DNA from: Phoronis australis
Taxonomy: Eukaryota; Animalia; Phoronida
Direction: 5' to 3'
NCBI GenBank assembly: GCA_002633005.1
Contig: NMRA01000008.1
Span: 966,284 to 1,030,283 of the forward strand
DNA: 64,000 bases
Part shown: one piece after another, positions 49,036-63,188 of the stretch
How the letters are laid out: every line of letters starts with the position of its first letter
Numbering within the stretch: the stretch's first letter is position 1
Made by a program: the position numbers and the translations under genes
Notes under the pieces: generated by a model
What the model saw: only the letters and a program-made list of their open reading frames with translations
Told to the model about the DNA's origin: nothing
Database searches by the model: none

Positions 49036-50760
49036 TTAGATCTTTGGCTCAGACGCAGGCCACACATGTCAAAGGTTATTCACGAACCTCCTGTGCCTGC
49101 TATGGCCGAGAGAGCTGAAAATATTGTCTTATGGTTAAAAAACACTGAATATGATCTTATTTAGAACTGAAAAGAATACAGCAATCCTTCTTAGAACTAG
49201 TCGCTCTCGGGACTTGTGTGCTAAAAACAACGAGACTTGAAAAATCCCTCTGGGGTCGTCTTTCAGATTCATCTTACACTTTGTATATGTGATAATGCTC
49301 ATGAGACAACTCTTACACTAACATTTGAGATTCTGTTACCCCAACACCTAAACGACTTTAAGCCAGTCTATACCTGTTCCATTCGATTCACACGTTAATG
49401 CTCGTGGCTTCGCCGCGATGCTGAAGAAAACGTATTCCTAATTTTCGTATAATGCGTCGATTTTAAAAATTCAAAGACGGCTACTATTTACTTTTCAATT
49501 TTAAAAAACATTTATGTTGGTCGTTTGCCTTACTTACTGTTCATTATTTGACTTTGAAACTCGTACACTAAACACACTAAACAAGCGTGTTGGCTTGCTC
49601 CTACATTTAGCTCGTCCAATACACATTCAGCCAAGCCCATGAATAGCGACTACTGTAGCTCACTTCAATCCGTGGTGGCGCCATCTAGCCTTTGATGCGC
49701 AGAGCAATTCGCTGGATGCTCTTGAGTAACTCAGTGCACGCTTCCTCGTCCACTTAAGTGCAAATACTGTTAGCGTAATATTTGCCTAATGTGTGGGTTT
49801 GAAACAAAATTTGTCAATTTTGAGCTTGTTAGCTCCTAAATTTTTTACTCGTGGTCCGTTTGATGTGTTCGCTCTATACTTTCGCTTATGAAAAACCGAT
49901 ATTTTCTGATAGCGCAGGTACTTTGCAAACGACGAGATTAATTATGTATGGTGATTGAGAAGTGATGCATAAAGTCTTCCAAAGAAAATTACCAATAAGC
50001 AATTTTAAACCTTTAGTCACGTGACAAGGGAGATAAATCTTAAGGTACTTTTTAACGCAGTCTCGGACCAAATGGTGCCGGTTCAGTAGTTTGCAGTAGT
50101 GTGGAGAATGAAATATACATAACTATGTAGATTTCGGGTGTGGATTTATGAAATGGAAATAAGGAGTGCCCAACTGCTTTTCGTTTCTAACATTTCCACG
50201 AACCTCTTGGGTGTAAAGGTATCTGAGCCATCCTAACAATGACTGGTGCCGTCTCCTCTTCAGCAATTACAATATCGGCTGAAATTCAAGCATGTATTGA
50301 TTGGCAGGTAGCAAGCTGGCTGTCAAAATTGTCAAGATGGACGTCAAAAATATGCCACTGGCTTCACGGTATTAGTGAAACGCACAAGTAAATTAGCAGC
50401 TGCCGTCTTAATTTCATGAAAGTATTTCTTCTAAAGTTAGCTAAGATTAGACACTACTCAAGTGGTTTTGCAGAAAGACGAATGCCAAAAAATCGTAATT
50501 GCCATTACAAGATGTAAAACTATTTAGACTCGTCCAATATCCATACTGCAACAAGCGAAGTTTCAGAAGTTTTATGAATAATTTTTAGAAAATTATGGGG
50601 TTTCCGAGATATCAAGACAGAGCCAACAAATGAAATGACCACTACGTTGCGAAGGATTAGTAAAGTCGGTCCGATAAGAAAGTGTCGAGCAAAATAGACT
50701 AGCTGCACGTACCTAAGAAGAGTTCAGCAGTAATTGCATGCATCCGAAAACCACCGTCTG

Positions 50761-50917
50761 CAGTGGCGGATTTAGAGGGGGGCCAAGGGGGCCATGCCCC
50801 CCCCTAAAATTCTCCAAGATTCCATTGGGCAGTTCGGGAGTGCCAATGTCTGACATGCAAAATCCTGGCTAATACTCTGCCCTGCCCCCCCAACTCAAAA
50901 TCCTGGATCCGCCCCTG
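50761..50917. mobile_element. MITE family B copy (shorter, inverted relative to 9039-9327)
   Basis: CAGTGGCGGATTTAGAGGGGGGCCAAGGGGGCCATG ... CCCCCCAACTCAAAATCCTGGATCCGCCCCTG. Confidence 0.7.
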
Positions 50918-53900
50918 GTCTATCATGTTTTCAACATTAGAAACCCATCCGTTCAATTATATTTTGACCTTAATGCACTTCAGCAGAGAGCTACATTCAA
51001 ACAACGCCAAAAACAAACATGGTCCTCTATAAGCCACCGAGAGCACTAGTTAGAACTTGCGGGAAATATTTAAAATCTGTTTGTAACATCGTCCTCTGGA
51101 CAGATGATTCATAAAAACTTGGTGCGCGTTCTTCATTTTCATTGGTTGCTTTCATTCTGGTTTGGATGACCGTCTTCCCACAATGCATTGTTATGTGACG
51201 TCACTATCTGTCAGTAAAAAGGTCAATTTAAGACCCCAACCAGAACATCTCGAACATTTTCTTCGCTTCGAGATTTGAGACTACGAAAATATCCAAATGT
51301 TTAGACCATTAAAGTGTTTTTCATTGACAGCATTTCTGAGGAAATCTGCAATGCAAGCGTTACAAATAGGGACAAAAAGAAATTGGGTGTTTTCTTAAGT
51401 CTGTGTGTTGTGTTGACTGAAGATTCGGGTACGCATGGAACGTTTTCATAACCATCATTAAGTCGTCTGAATTTGATATCGGATAATGCGAAAGTGAACT
51501 ATCTTTTAATTATGCAGAATTCGATTTCTTGGAAACAGAGTACGCGCTCGCCCTGAAAATCCCAAGACAAGGTACATTTTAGTGTTGTTTTAACACCTTG
51601 CATTTGCTATTATGTTAATCATGAGTTCGCCCTAACTGCAGACATCAGTGTTCCCAACATGTTCCATAGATCACATGTCGAAAGTGAGGCAACGCAAAAT
51701 TATTCATTTTTTGGGTGAATTCAGCCTAACCTCGGGTCATGAGGTGAAATTGAAAAGTAATCAGGATTCAGTTCAGGAAGTTCGAGTTATTTAGTGTGAG
51801 TTAATACACATTAGTTTATCAAGGGTTGTGTTATTTTAAGAGAGCAAATTTTACTTGCTGACACTTTAACGTGCTTACCCGCAGCAGACTATTGGAAATT
51901 GCTGACACGAAGCCCTAGAACACGTATTAGGAAAATGGTGCTTTTTTTCTTTTCTCATTCCCCAGATATATGCCTGGGCGTACTTTCGGAAACGAGGGAC
52001 CTGTTGTATAAACGGAAAGTGTACCAGCGACATCGAATTAGGAACGTCAATGTGTCAAATATGTGTAGCCATTATTTGAACCTGCGCGTATTTGGGCTCA
52101 TGCGCCTATATGTATGTTAAGGTGCGGCTATATTCGGAATTGGGCGAATTCTTGAATGCAAAACAAAACTGAAAAGCAAGATTCTAAAATATCTTATGAG
52201 AAAAACTGGACTTATTCGTTATAAAATGATAGATGCTGACATGTGATCAACTTAGCATTAACCATTCAAGGTAAAGTACAAAAGAATGCGCAAAAGCGGA
52301 CAAAATCCGGTCTCCCAGTTGTGGCATACACATATGCAAGAGCCGACAATTGTCGTCTGCGCTTACAGGTGAAACTAGTCGCAATATAGCCTGGATGAAA
52401 AACACAACAAATTCGTGAAAAAAAACGCTTTATGTGTTAAAATACTGGGACAGATAAGATAGTTTATTGTATCGTAGGTTACGTTTATTTTGCAAATAAG
52501 CCGAAACGTGCAGGAATAAACAATATCCCGTTTTCTTTAAGCCATATGTTTGTTTGAAACTCACAGACACTCTTCATAAGAAACGCAGCAAACCGTAGAT
52601 AATTTAAATTATGGCAACTAAAGTAGACTTATGGGTCTGGCCGTATTTGGAACTTTTCCCCAACGTAGGCCCATGGGCTAATTATACTTCTGATGACCCT
52701 GGTTGCGAAAATGTTAGGTACCATCCAATGGTATAGGATGACACATTTTCAACATTTTAATTTATCGCATAAAAAATTAAAAGATGCTGCTTTGCCTTAT
52801 TCGTCAATATAGAAATTCACGCCGCATGATTTTCTTCGTTTGAAACATGGAATTCGGGAAAATGTCGAAAACGGAAAACTTAGGGCCGGGTGAGCAACTA
52901 CCACTTCAAATGTTTGTGGTGAAGCCTGGATTACGTTCTTTTAACGTAACACACACGCGATGCGATTTCGGCGGGAAATCTTCGCTTATGGAACGGAAAT
53001 AATTCTATCCCAGAAGTCATCGTTCCATCCGCTCCGGGCAACATTGGTCGACATTTCAGTTATAAATGTATGCGAGTAAGGACCCGGGAGGGCGTTCTTG
53101 CGAAATGCTCGTTTTTCACTAGCGTGATTTTGCATGACCTTCCTGTCTTTCGTCTCATGCCTGTTTGATCAGAAGAAAATCCGATAAAAATTATGAAGCA
53201 TCTCATTCCCGTAAAATCTTACCTAAAATTCGTTCTTTAGATATTTTTAGTACTAGAATCAAAGCATGGTTGGAAAGTGCCTAACACAAGGCAGTAGTAT
53301 AAATTTATAGCACGTGTGGTTGCTGCAATGGGACACACAGAACATTTCGTTAAAAAACCTTAAGAACTGTCTAAAGTATATCATTTTGCGCAGAAAACAA
53401 ATTACTCCTGCCCTCCCTCCGGGAACACTGAACTTTAAGACTCTAAATTTGTCTAATCACATCGACTGAAGTTTGTAATATTGTCGACGTGTGCCAAACG
53501 ATTGGTCAAATCTCAAGTCAGTAGAGCACGAGACGAAAAATAAGTTTATTTTCCAAAACATTGGTGTCTGAACACTGAACATTGATATTTTAATAAATTC
53601 ACAAGCGACCTTAAAACTCTTTTTCCGTAGTGCACTGATGATTCTTTCATGGCAACGTTTTGTTAGCTCCGAAATTATATCTTACGAGATCATAGTTTCG
53701 TTTATTTGAAATAAATTCTGTGAAATTTCGTATGTTGTTATTTTGGAAATATGACAGAGCTGCATTTTTGTGAAAATTTGCGTAGGCTTTATAGAAACAC
53801 AAGATTATATCTTCTACGCACACAAGCTTGCTACGTAATGTACCGCCGACACAAATCGTTAAACTGCGTGGCTCATTTAAATCCTATGTATATCGTTCCT

Positions 53901-55417
53901 GCCTCACGTTAATGTAAACTGCAAAAAATCGACCAGAAATTGTGGCCTTAATTAAGACCGAGAGATAAAAACGGGGAGTTATCGGAAGTACGATATTCAT
54001 AGTCCCAAAGCGAGTGTTCTAAATTACCAGTTCTATTTTTTCTAATACAGGTATTTAGAGTCTTGTATTAAATTGTGGGCATAATTAAATACGACGCGAA
54101 CTGTGTTTTTACAGCCTTAATAAGTTCAAGATAAGAAACAAGACGTCGCGTGCTTTATACAAACCAACGTAAATGCGATACTTCACGAGATTCTCTGAAG
54201 GACTACCAAAGGGTTGCCATCGGCACCGATTATAACCAGTTAAGTGAACATCACGCTTGAATACAACACAGGTCGCTGTTTATGCGAAATAAGAATAAAA
54301 GAAACGACACAGTAATTCAAACGAAAACTGGTTGTTAAGTGAATTTTATTAAAGAAAAATTGGGAAGCATATTCTGTCGAGATATTTTTTTCAATTCTGA
54401 CTTCTTTTTCTTTCCATCTTCCGCTCTTCATCGGTTCCGTTCTTGGGCCATTTATCCGCTTACCCGCCCATTCCTGCACATCTCTATTAGGTTTTATCAG
54501 TAGGCTCCCAGTCTGCCTGTCCGTGTATCAAGGATTCCAAAAATTAACTGAAACACTGAATTTACCGGCGGACAGATTGACGGGAGTGTATTCAACGGCG
54601 AACGAAGACCGGTAATGAAAAACAAAGTCCAGAACAAAGACAACTTATGAAGCAAATATTTTATAAGGACTACCAAAATAAGTCAAAACAGGTGAAAGCC
54701 GGAGTCAGGCGTGGTTCGATGTCGTCGAACCCTGTTTTTGCCTATAAGCTGTTTTTAAACATCACACGGAAGTCAAATAACAATTTCCCATCATGTGTAT
54801 TATAAATCGACATTGTTTTGTTTTGATTAAATTACGAAAGCCGACAAGCGTGTGTTTCAATTATTTGGACCAAAGAACGTCAACGCTGCGAAAAATCGCG
54901 GAAATGAGTTTGACACCAACCGTCCGATCAGGCTGCTTATCGGTCGGAAACGCAGGATTTCGACATAAAAATGACTAAGCTTTAACTGATAAGTACAGCC
55001 ACTGAGTTCGCACTCCAACTGCAGCCACCTCCAGTCAACACTAGAATAATTTAAAAATTTGGACTCTATTCTGGAACGACGTTTTATGTATAGAAAATCG
55101 CTGTACTCTCCTATATTGCCATCTATTGTCCACAAGTGAAATTATGAAAGTGTCAAACGGCAACATGCACACACAAGGCCGTCCACGAATCTCCAAAGCA
55201 TGCGTACTTTTCAATGAATTGTTTTTACAGATAACTATCAAAACATTCATCTTTATGCCCGAAAACTAAATGAAGTGTCGTTCAACTTTTTAAATTGATG
55301 CGCGACCTCTGTGGGGTGATCAACAACTTGAGCATTGAAACCTTGGGAATTGGTTTACTTATTCTTCGGTAAGGGCAACTAAGAGTTAGCGTCTCTCGGT
55401 TTCAGCACCAAGTAACC

Positions 55418-55564
55418 CTGAGTAGAGTTCAGTAACGCTAGGACCTCGCTAAAACGCAAGACTTCGCGAGATTACGTGAGATTTGCCGTGTACTTAAACG
55501 AGAGCACGTGATTTTGGGATAGATTTTAGCGAGGTCCTAACGTTACTCAATGAACTCTACCCTG
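55418..55564. mobile_element. MITE family C copy 3
   Basis: GTAGAGTTCAGTAACGCTAGGACCTCGCTAAAACGCAAGACTTCGCGAGATTACGTG...TTAGCGAGGTCCTAACGTTAC..TGAACTCTACCCTG. Confidence 0.75.
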
Positions 55565-55654
55565 TTTTGTGTGTCGCTGTAACAGTTTGACCTGGCCATT
55601 TTCTTGATCCGGGTCAGCCATTCATAGATGAGTCACTAGCACGTTGCAACAACA

Positions 55655-56604
55655 AAACACCTCAACAAAAGTTTGGAAATTTGTGCACTCGCCCGTCATT
55701 GTTTTTATTATTTTTTGTTCAATAAAATCATATTGCATACCAATGAAAAGCCCAGTCGTTCCCCTTTCCAACGATACCAATTTCGTCAATAAATGTTTCT
55801 TGTGTTCAGTAACTTTGCTTCCAAAGAGGGCTTGGTCTCAAATTGAATGTTGCAAGTTCATTGGAACTAAATATGTATTCAGGTTTGAGCACTCAGGTTT
55901 TTCAATAGCAATTACAGTGCTGGTTCCATGGTAATAACAACTTATGACAATTTAGCAACACTTAAAACACTTTATTTATTGAACAACTGACTGATAGACA
56001 ATAGTGATAGTCTTCTTAGTATGATCGGGTTGACAAACTATTCGCAGTGACACTACAGTTCTTTGTTGGAAGTTGTGCTTCAGTTTGGAGATGGCACTCG
56101 GACTCGCACCGAATCGTGTTGGTGCCACCTTCTGGGAAAAACCAGCATCAATTTGTCCAAGAGCTCGGGCCTTCGCTGTATTAGACAAAAGTGGCATACT
56201 TGGAGCTAGTACATTAGATTTTCACAATTCAATGAAGAAAGCTGCAAACTGGGCATTTCAGACACAATTTGCATAATTGCGATTCATGCTAACAGCCACC
56301 GACAGTTCCATGGTATCATTCAGTGTCTCACAAATTTGGTGTTTACTCGTCGATGTTAATCACCATTACATCACAGGTGGTGACACTGCGTGACAAAAAA
56401 ACAGAGAAATTTGCAACATTCACTTTGAGACCAAGCCCCCTTTGGCAGCAAAGTTACTGACCATATCAATAATTTATTGATAAAATGTGGTATTGTTGAA
56501 AAGGGGAATGACTGAGCATTCCATTGGTATGCAACATGACTTAAATAAAGTAATGAAAACACAGACGAGTGAATACAAATATTAAAACTGTTGTTGAGGT
56601 ATTT
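55655..56604 (-). mobile_element. Internally deleted Tc1/mariner-like DNA transposon with ~200-bp TIRs
   Basis: 55658-55860 is the reverse complement of ~56405-56601 (CACCTCAACAAAAGTTT... vs ...AAACTGTTGTTGAGGTA; GGGCTTGGTCTCAAATTGAATGTTGCAA vs TTGCAACATTCACTTTGAGACCAAGCCC). Internal ORF 55976-56197 (MPLLSNTAKARALGQIDAGFSQKVAPTRFGASPSAISKLKHNFQ) resembles the N-terminal paired-like HTH of Tc1 transposases. The DDE domain is absent. Confidence 0.8.
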
Positions 56605-56823
56605 ATAAGAAATATTAATTTTAAATTCAAGGAATTACGATCTTGGTAAGAGGCAAAGACCAAGATACAACATATGAAAGTTAAAATAAACAAAACCGTG
56701 TGTCAAATCCCCATAAAATATTGCAGACTTGTTGTTTTTTCAACCGCCTTCGGCATCAACGCAATTGCTTCGAAATCTAATCTGACTTTTTAATACATCA
56801 AAGTAATTCTTTAAACAATGGCT

Positions 56824-59167
56824 CTATGAGCAACGGGACACCTTGACGTCATCTATTGCTAGTCCAGATGAACTGAATTTATCAAGAACGTGAAATGCAA
56901 ACGAGAGTTGAGTCCAACCGAGAGGAGCTGGTGCAAATGCCGACTTCCAACCAAGTGTGGGGTGAAGTGTAATAACGTCTCTGACTCCAACGTCTTCAGG
57001 GTTGCTCACGTTGTAAACTGTCAACAGACTCTGGTGGAAGTAAGCGTAGTAATAAAACTGGAGACAATAGGTGGCGCCATCATTTGGAATTGGGAACGGT
57101 GGCGAAATCAGTCGGGCCTCGTTTCCAATAGTCGGAATGTGGTTACTCTCAACGTACACATAATGACCTAAAATAAAATTATATACTGACGAGCCTTTAA
57201 ATTTGGCAAGATTCGGACTATTGCAACGCTGATTCCTTGAAGTCATTCGACTACCGACTCCCGGCCCTAAGGACATTTTTCTAAGCTCAGCAAAACTTAA
57301 CAGGTCAAATTCCATTGTTCAAGTTTAAACATGGGGACCTTTTACTTTGCTAAAATGCAAGGGTTGGTGACTAACATGAAAACCATCGAAACAAAAATAC
57401 CCCCCCCCACCCCCCCCTGGCGCGTGACCTGGCGAGTGACACTTGCAAAATAGCATGAGAAAATATCAAGTGAAATTTGTAAGATTTGTGTCCCTTGGAC
57501 TTTTTGTTCGTCAACAGGCGTGATTTCACGTAACTTCCTCAAAATGGCGGCTCTTTAGTGAGAGAAACTCGAGAGAACCGCGAGGTTTTCATGAATATGC
57601 TCAAGTTATTTGTAGACTAAATTGTGTCCAGAGTCAGGGTATGTGTTATTTATAACTTCATGTGCACATATGCATGTTTCATTTGATTTTATTTGCTGTA
57701 TTTTGAAGTGAATATCTTTTTATGGGGATACACTATCGCCCCTGTATGCCTGCGCCATTCAGGCCTAGAGCGGGTTAAGTTCCAATTTCAGTCCGTTCAC
57801 AGCTTCGCACAACATAACAAGGTCACATTTTCTTCGTCTATTCACAGTTATTCCACGACACATCTACCATATCTTAAGTTGTTTTAACGTTTTAAGCGTA
57901 AAATTTACCATAAGATCTCCAGTAAGTTTTAGAGTGTGTAGCAAAGACTCGGGGCAAAACGAGAGCAATATGGCGGGTTTTGCCCCCTTTCCGGTGACGT
58001 CACAGTGACTAGCGAGAAACTCGCAAGTAAGCTATTCACGTCCGCTCACTGACAGGAAACACGACTAACCTACACAGAATGCGTTCAATAGCGAGTCGGA
58101 CATTGTGTTTTGATTCATCAATGGGGCGAAAATCATTTGCAGAATCAAGATGCGGCACTTTTTGCTGGGTCTCTTTCTATACTTGCATGGGTAGTAACTT
58201 ACACGTCACGGTCATCAGTAATTAACACAGACATTTCTTTTAAAGATAGCCCACCATTGAAAGGTAGCAACAAAATGCATTGTTTCCCACTTAAACAAGC
58301 TGACAGAGGTAAAACTTCCGGCGCGTCCTGGAACAATCTGATTGAAACCTACTTTAAATGTGGTTAGCGTGTAATGACGACTCCACACGCCATGCATTCA
58401 AGAGTTATTTTGTCAGAAATAGACCCTAGCGTACACTTTTGAGTTAAAAGCGGCTAATTCGGAGACTTGACACCGTATATTCGGCAGAGTAATTAAAGCA
58501 GTTGATCTACCTTCAGAGGAACCCGCTACCTCGGTTACTTGCCGTTGTGTGGTCACATTTCGGACGACCGTGTAGCTGGGCGCTAACGTCACCTGCTTGC
58601 CCTAGCGTCCACGTGAGTTGAGCAGATGGGTCACTGGTGAACCCGCATCTACTTGCCTCAAAGTCACACTCAAACGGGCTGCACTGCACCAGCGCCACCA
58701 CCAAGCACGGCACTGTAAATAACCTCAGCGCTAGTACACGCGGAAATTTTGTCACCTATAAGTACTAAATTCAAATCTAAATCACAATAAAAATTACAAA
58801 CATTTATCTGCGATAGGCTTTATTTGCACCTAGTTGGACTTGAGAAACATTTACATGAAAAAACAAGCGCTAGAGATCTTACAACCAATTAGTCAATTAG
58901 AATCATCATGATACAAGCCTCTGTGTGTGTGCACAACTTGATTTATCAAGTCTTGCAACAGTAGCTTTCTAAGCACGTTCCTGTTTTAAAATTAGTATTG
59001 ACAAATTGGGCGAACGAAGGCAATATGTACCTACAGCAAACGTTCACGAAAAATCAGACCCGGCACTCTTTCAAAAACCGGGATCTCTGTAGTATACGGA
59101 ACTTGAAGATAAAACCAACAAAAATTCTTTAGGAAAAGAGAGAACAATAAGCAAGAGCACGTACCAT
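56824..59167 (-). CDS. Secreted single-MAM-domain protein, ~190 aa, 3 coding exons
   Basis: Exons on minus strand: ATG at 59165-59167 followed directly by donor gtacgt; 58530-58755 (VTKFPRVLALRLFTVPCLVVALVQC|SPFECDFEASRCGF....WT....PKCDHTTASNR); 56824-57167 (GHYVYVES....ARLISP....YCLQFYYY....W....GLAIDDVKVSRCS*). CDFE..CG, DHT, GHY.YVES, ARL.SP, CL.F.Y and IAIDDV are MAM-domain hallmarks. The ATG exon and the exact exon-2 donor (alternative at ~58539) are less certain. Confidence 0.85.
57430..57690. repeat. Dispersed repeat in MAM-gene intron, homologous to 7020-7260
   Basis: Same colinear blocks as 7020-7260, same orientation. Confidence 0.6.
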
Positions 59168-61909
59168 ACTTAGCAAAGTCCAACATCTTGCAACAAACTT
59201 ATGCGTGGGAAGTGTAATGTTATAACCAACACATATCTCACCTATTGTGTATGGAACATATATAGCCGCAACAGCTTGTGACGGATCACAAGTGATAGCA
59301 ATGTTGATAAGAGAACGATAGCACAAATGACCAAATGACTAAACTTGTTGGATAACACATTCAGCCTTAGGGCACGTTTTAATCAAAAGTCGACATCTTA
59401 TTTTACGACAAAAGTCCTGCGTAACTCAAGATTTTCCTGCCTTCCTGTCGGGCACATAGTGAAATTAATACAAGCAAGTGCGCAGGAAGGTAAAAATTCT
59501 GTGGCACAGGCAAATTTGACGAATTGTTATTTTTTCGCGGAAAGCCACCATTTTAACCCACCCCTTCCCCCAACGCCCCTTCGCGCCAAAGTCAATCCCC
59601 CGTGTCCTATCATACACTACCTGCAATAACTGAAGTGGTTTATGGTGATAGCCATGAAATGCATACAGAATGGTAGTATGTCCGATTGTACATTAGTTTC
59701 AATCTCAGTTCCATTTTCGAAAAAAAAAACAGGAAAAGTAGAGTCGTGCTCGCCCAGGTCACGGATCAAAAATGAAATCGTTCACCTGAAAGCCTTTATT
59801 AAAAAATATACGTCATCTAATTGACACAGCCGTCATTGCTTGAGAACGCAGGTCATTTCGGACGCGTTTGGTAGCACATTATGCGCATTTAATTTCAGCT
59901 TTCGAATAAAATTCGACATAGAACCATTTCCTTATATATAAGGACATCAAAAACATCGACTCAAGAAAATGCTTGAGATTTTATTGGGAATGGCCAACTC
60001 CAAAATTGTGGATTCGAAAGTGACGGCTGTCCGAGTAGGAACGGGTCAGTCCCAAATCATTGTCGTTGGTTAAATAAATCTAGAATAGTTTTAAAACAAA
60101 ACTTCTACCAACACGTTAATTCTGTAAATGTTACATCTGCTCTAAAATTTGTTTCCCACATGGCAGCTTTGGCTACCGTAAATTTTTGCGAAAACTCATA
60201 TAAGCAAATCTTCAGCACTGAGCAGTAACATTTAGTGCAACAGGAGCTGTACAAGCCCAAGGCGTCCCGCTTTTTCGAGCCCTATACGGACGCGGACTAA
60301 ATTGATAACTACGGGTATCTGGTGTGCAAAGCATAAGTTTATTAAGTATCATACTTAATAGTATTACACACAAAGTAATACAATTACATGCAATCAACGT
60401 CCACTATTCTCGCAGTGTTGTGTAATATTCAGCCAGTACACTACCTTGCGGCAAACCTGTCGCTTACGGGACAGAAGAAACGGGGTTAATTTTGGGGCGA
60501 AAACTAATGGTTATTGGGCTAACTATACTGGGCAAAACCAATTATAAAGCCCGGTACCGGGTAGCTTAGAGATTTATGGGGGGTGGCGAGTGCTGGTGTG
60601 AGCTCCTTGGTTTCTACATTTTAAAAACAAATCTGCGACCAAACAGCCTGTGAACCCGATGGGGTGAGGTCAACACTCCCAAGCTCTATCCAAATAGGGT
60701 CATGTCCAGAAACAAAAAAATTACTAACACCACTGGTGAGGAAATACTAAATAGCCCAATAGAGGGCGCATCGCTCTGTTACGTCGCGAATGGAACAGGA
60801 AACTTGCACGTCAGAATCATCACATTATCACATTTACATTTGATATTATAAAATTATATCAAATCACATTCTGATATACAATAGGTTACAAAATAAACAA
60901 GACAGACTCTGACAAAATTCTGCCAAACTACATGGTAAACTTCTAGCCAGAATTACGAGCCAGTTTAGTCGAATCATTGCAACAAAATAACGCTTTTTGT
61001 TGCACAAGTTTGTAGGCGCTTAGTGTTTGGTTATTGAGCCAAGATTTTAATTGTTCTATGGGGTCTACAAGTGGCGTGCAGACCATTCTTAAAATGTTTG
61101 TAATTCTAATGTTTACTAACAGTACAAATTGCGCATATGTTATCTATCCAAACCTAGAGCCATGCCTAGGATAAATGGTAACTTATAATTACTGGGAAGA
61201 GACCCAATAATTTTGTTTGCCCTAGAAATGCGCTTGTACTGTTAACCTTGTGCCTGGCAGAATAAAATTTTGCCACTGGTGACAAAACCAGCTCAACTGT
61301 GCAGATAGACATTCGCCCAAAACTCACAAGTAGTTATGGTACTACCCTAATCTATTTTCTTGAAACTGAAAATCACCGGTGTCTCCACTTCACTTCATAT
61401 CAATTAACGAAAAATAAGATACAATCAAAACAAACCTAAATACAAAAACAAACATTTGGCCACAATTTGATGATATTTAATGGTAATAAATTAATTTCAT
61501 AGCTACAGAATTGGCACATCTTTCTGGATTGTCTCATATCAAATAACAAAAGATAAAATAAAATAAACACAATCAAAACAAATTCAAATATAAAAATAGA
61601 TAACTACATTTAAAACAACCTACTTAACAGAAACACTAAGAATTACAGTGCAAGCACATGCCACTTGGACCATTAGTGACAAGGGCCAGAGGAGGTAGCC
61701 AGACACAGGCGAGGCATTTAACCCAATTATATAAAATTTATTAAGCAAAATTACACGGCAAGGCAACAAGGGTGGCGACCAAGGGAATTTGGAAATTTGA
61801 AACGAACAGGGGAGAGCAAAAATCTGGCGACAGAGGTAGGGAACCAAGGACTATGCCTGTGCCCCTGACATCTCCAATGATTCTTACATTCTTACAAGCC
61901 TGAAAACAC

Positions 61910-62166
61910 TGAGGAATCCCCACAAAGCATTCTACAGTCATCTAATCATGAGTGCACCGACAACACTAAAAATGCCAACAACATGGGTTGTAGGTGGGCA
62001 TCTAATCATAAGTTCACTCTATAAGTTGTTGTGAATCCTTACAAAATGTGTTTTAGAAGGACATCTCATCATGGGTCTATCAATATCACAAAGGAATTCC
62101 TACAAAATACATTATAGGTGTACATCTAATCAACATTTCATAACAAATACAAGAGGGAATCCCTAT
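61910..62166 (-). repeat. Degenerate ~60-bp tandem array homologous to the final ~17 codons of FADS6
   Basis: Four units plus a partial one, each matching GAAT.CC.ACAAA...AGGTG.ACATCTAATCAT. The best unit matches 63191-63239 at 39/49 nt ungapped. Confidence 0.8.
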
Positions 62167-63188
62167 ATAATAAGTAATAATAAGACTTCTAATCTTGTCA
62201 GTGGTGATTTGTAAATAAATTGTGTTTTAAAGAAAACACCACAGCTGATATAATTAAAAACAAGTGTGAATACATAAAAAACCCTAGTAATTTCAAATAT
62301 TAATTGTTATCTACTAGTGAAATAAGCAAATAATAAAACGGTACCTTGTTTCATTTGAAAAATGAACTATTGCCATACTCATTTACATTAGGATAGTCTC
62401 ACAAATCAAGGCTTTCGCGAGATTGTAATAGTAACTGATTCTTGGATGCTTTCCGGCACACTGCAGGACCCAGGGTTGTTTGTAACTTAGTACTAAATTT
62501 CCATATTCACAATGCATTTTACACTGTTCATATTCAACCAGTCCTATAAAAGCAGATATTTTCTGAATCATCGATGTATGAAAAATTTTAAAACAGGGCA
62601 CATTTTTTATAATCATGTAACCACCATTTTTTTTCTGAAGAAGTCATGTTTTGTTTGAACATGAATTTCTAAGAAACCTATACTGGTGTCGTGTCTCAAA
62701 TTTTTGATTTACCATCAGTCAACAGAATATATTAGTCATCAAACTCCCTTTTTAAAACAAAATTCCAAATTTTCTTTTTATAGCCTAAATATTCGTTCTT
62801 CGAAACAAAGTAAAATGTGAGAGATGGTTCCTTTCCCATAGATCATGAAATAAGCATGCAAAAATCAACTTAAATAAACCGACACGCTAAATAGAAGTCA
62901 TTGAAATTCCAAACGGCCAAAGAGAATTTGTCGTATAATTAACATCAATCGTAATCACCCTCATTTACTCACACCATTGGCACATACATAATAAATACAT
63001 TTGAAGATATGGGTAACAATGAAAAACAAACATGCAATTTATACATTAAGAGAATTTTACATTTTGAAAAAATCCACAAAGGTTGACAACTACCTTCATG
63101 CTATGAACAGTCCCACTAAATAAGATTGGTCCTACAGTTTCTTGTGCTAGTGGATGTGTTCATGACATGTTAATTTCATGAATTACGC

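Noticed and set aside
53505-53535. CTCAAGTCAGTAGAGCACGAGAC, resembling a tRNA D-arm/A-box
   Set aside because: No T-arm/B-box or acceptor stem follows; at most a decayed SINE head.
57168-57315. N-terminal part of the 163-aa ORF 56824-57315
   Set aside because: Intronic; MAM homology starts at the acceptor at 57167/57168.
59031-59100. Donor-like site (TGTAG/gtacat) as upstream coding exon of the MAM gene
   Set aside because: It would place TAG in frame before the phase-0 exon; the ATG/gtacgt at 59165 fits better.
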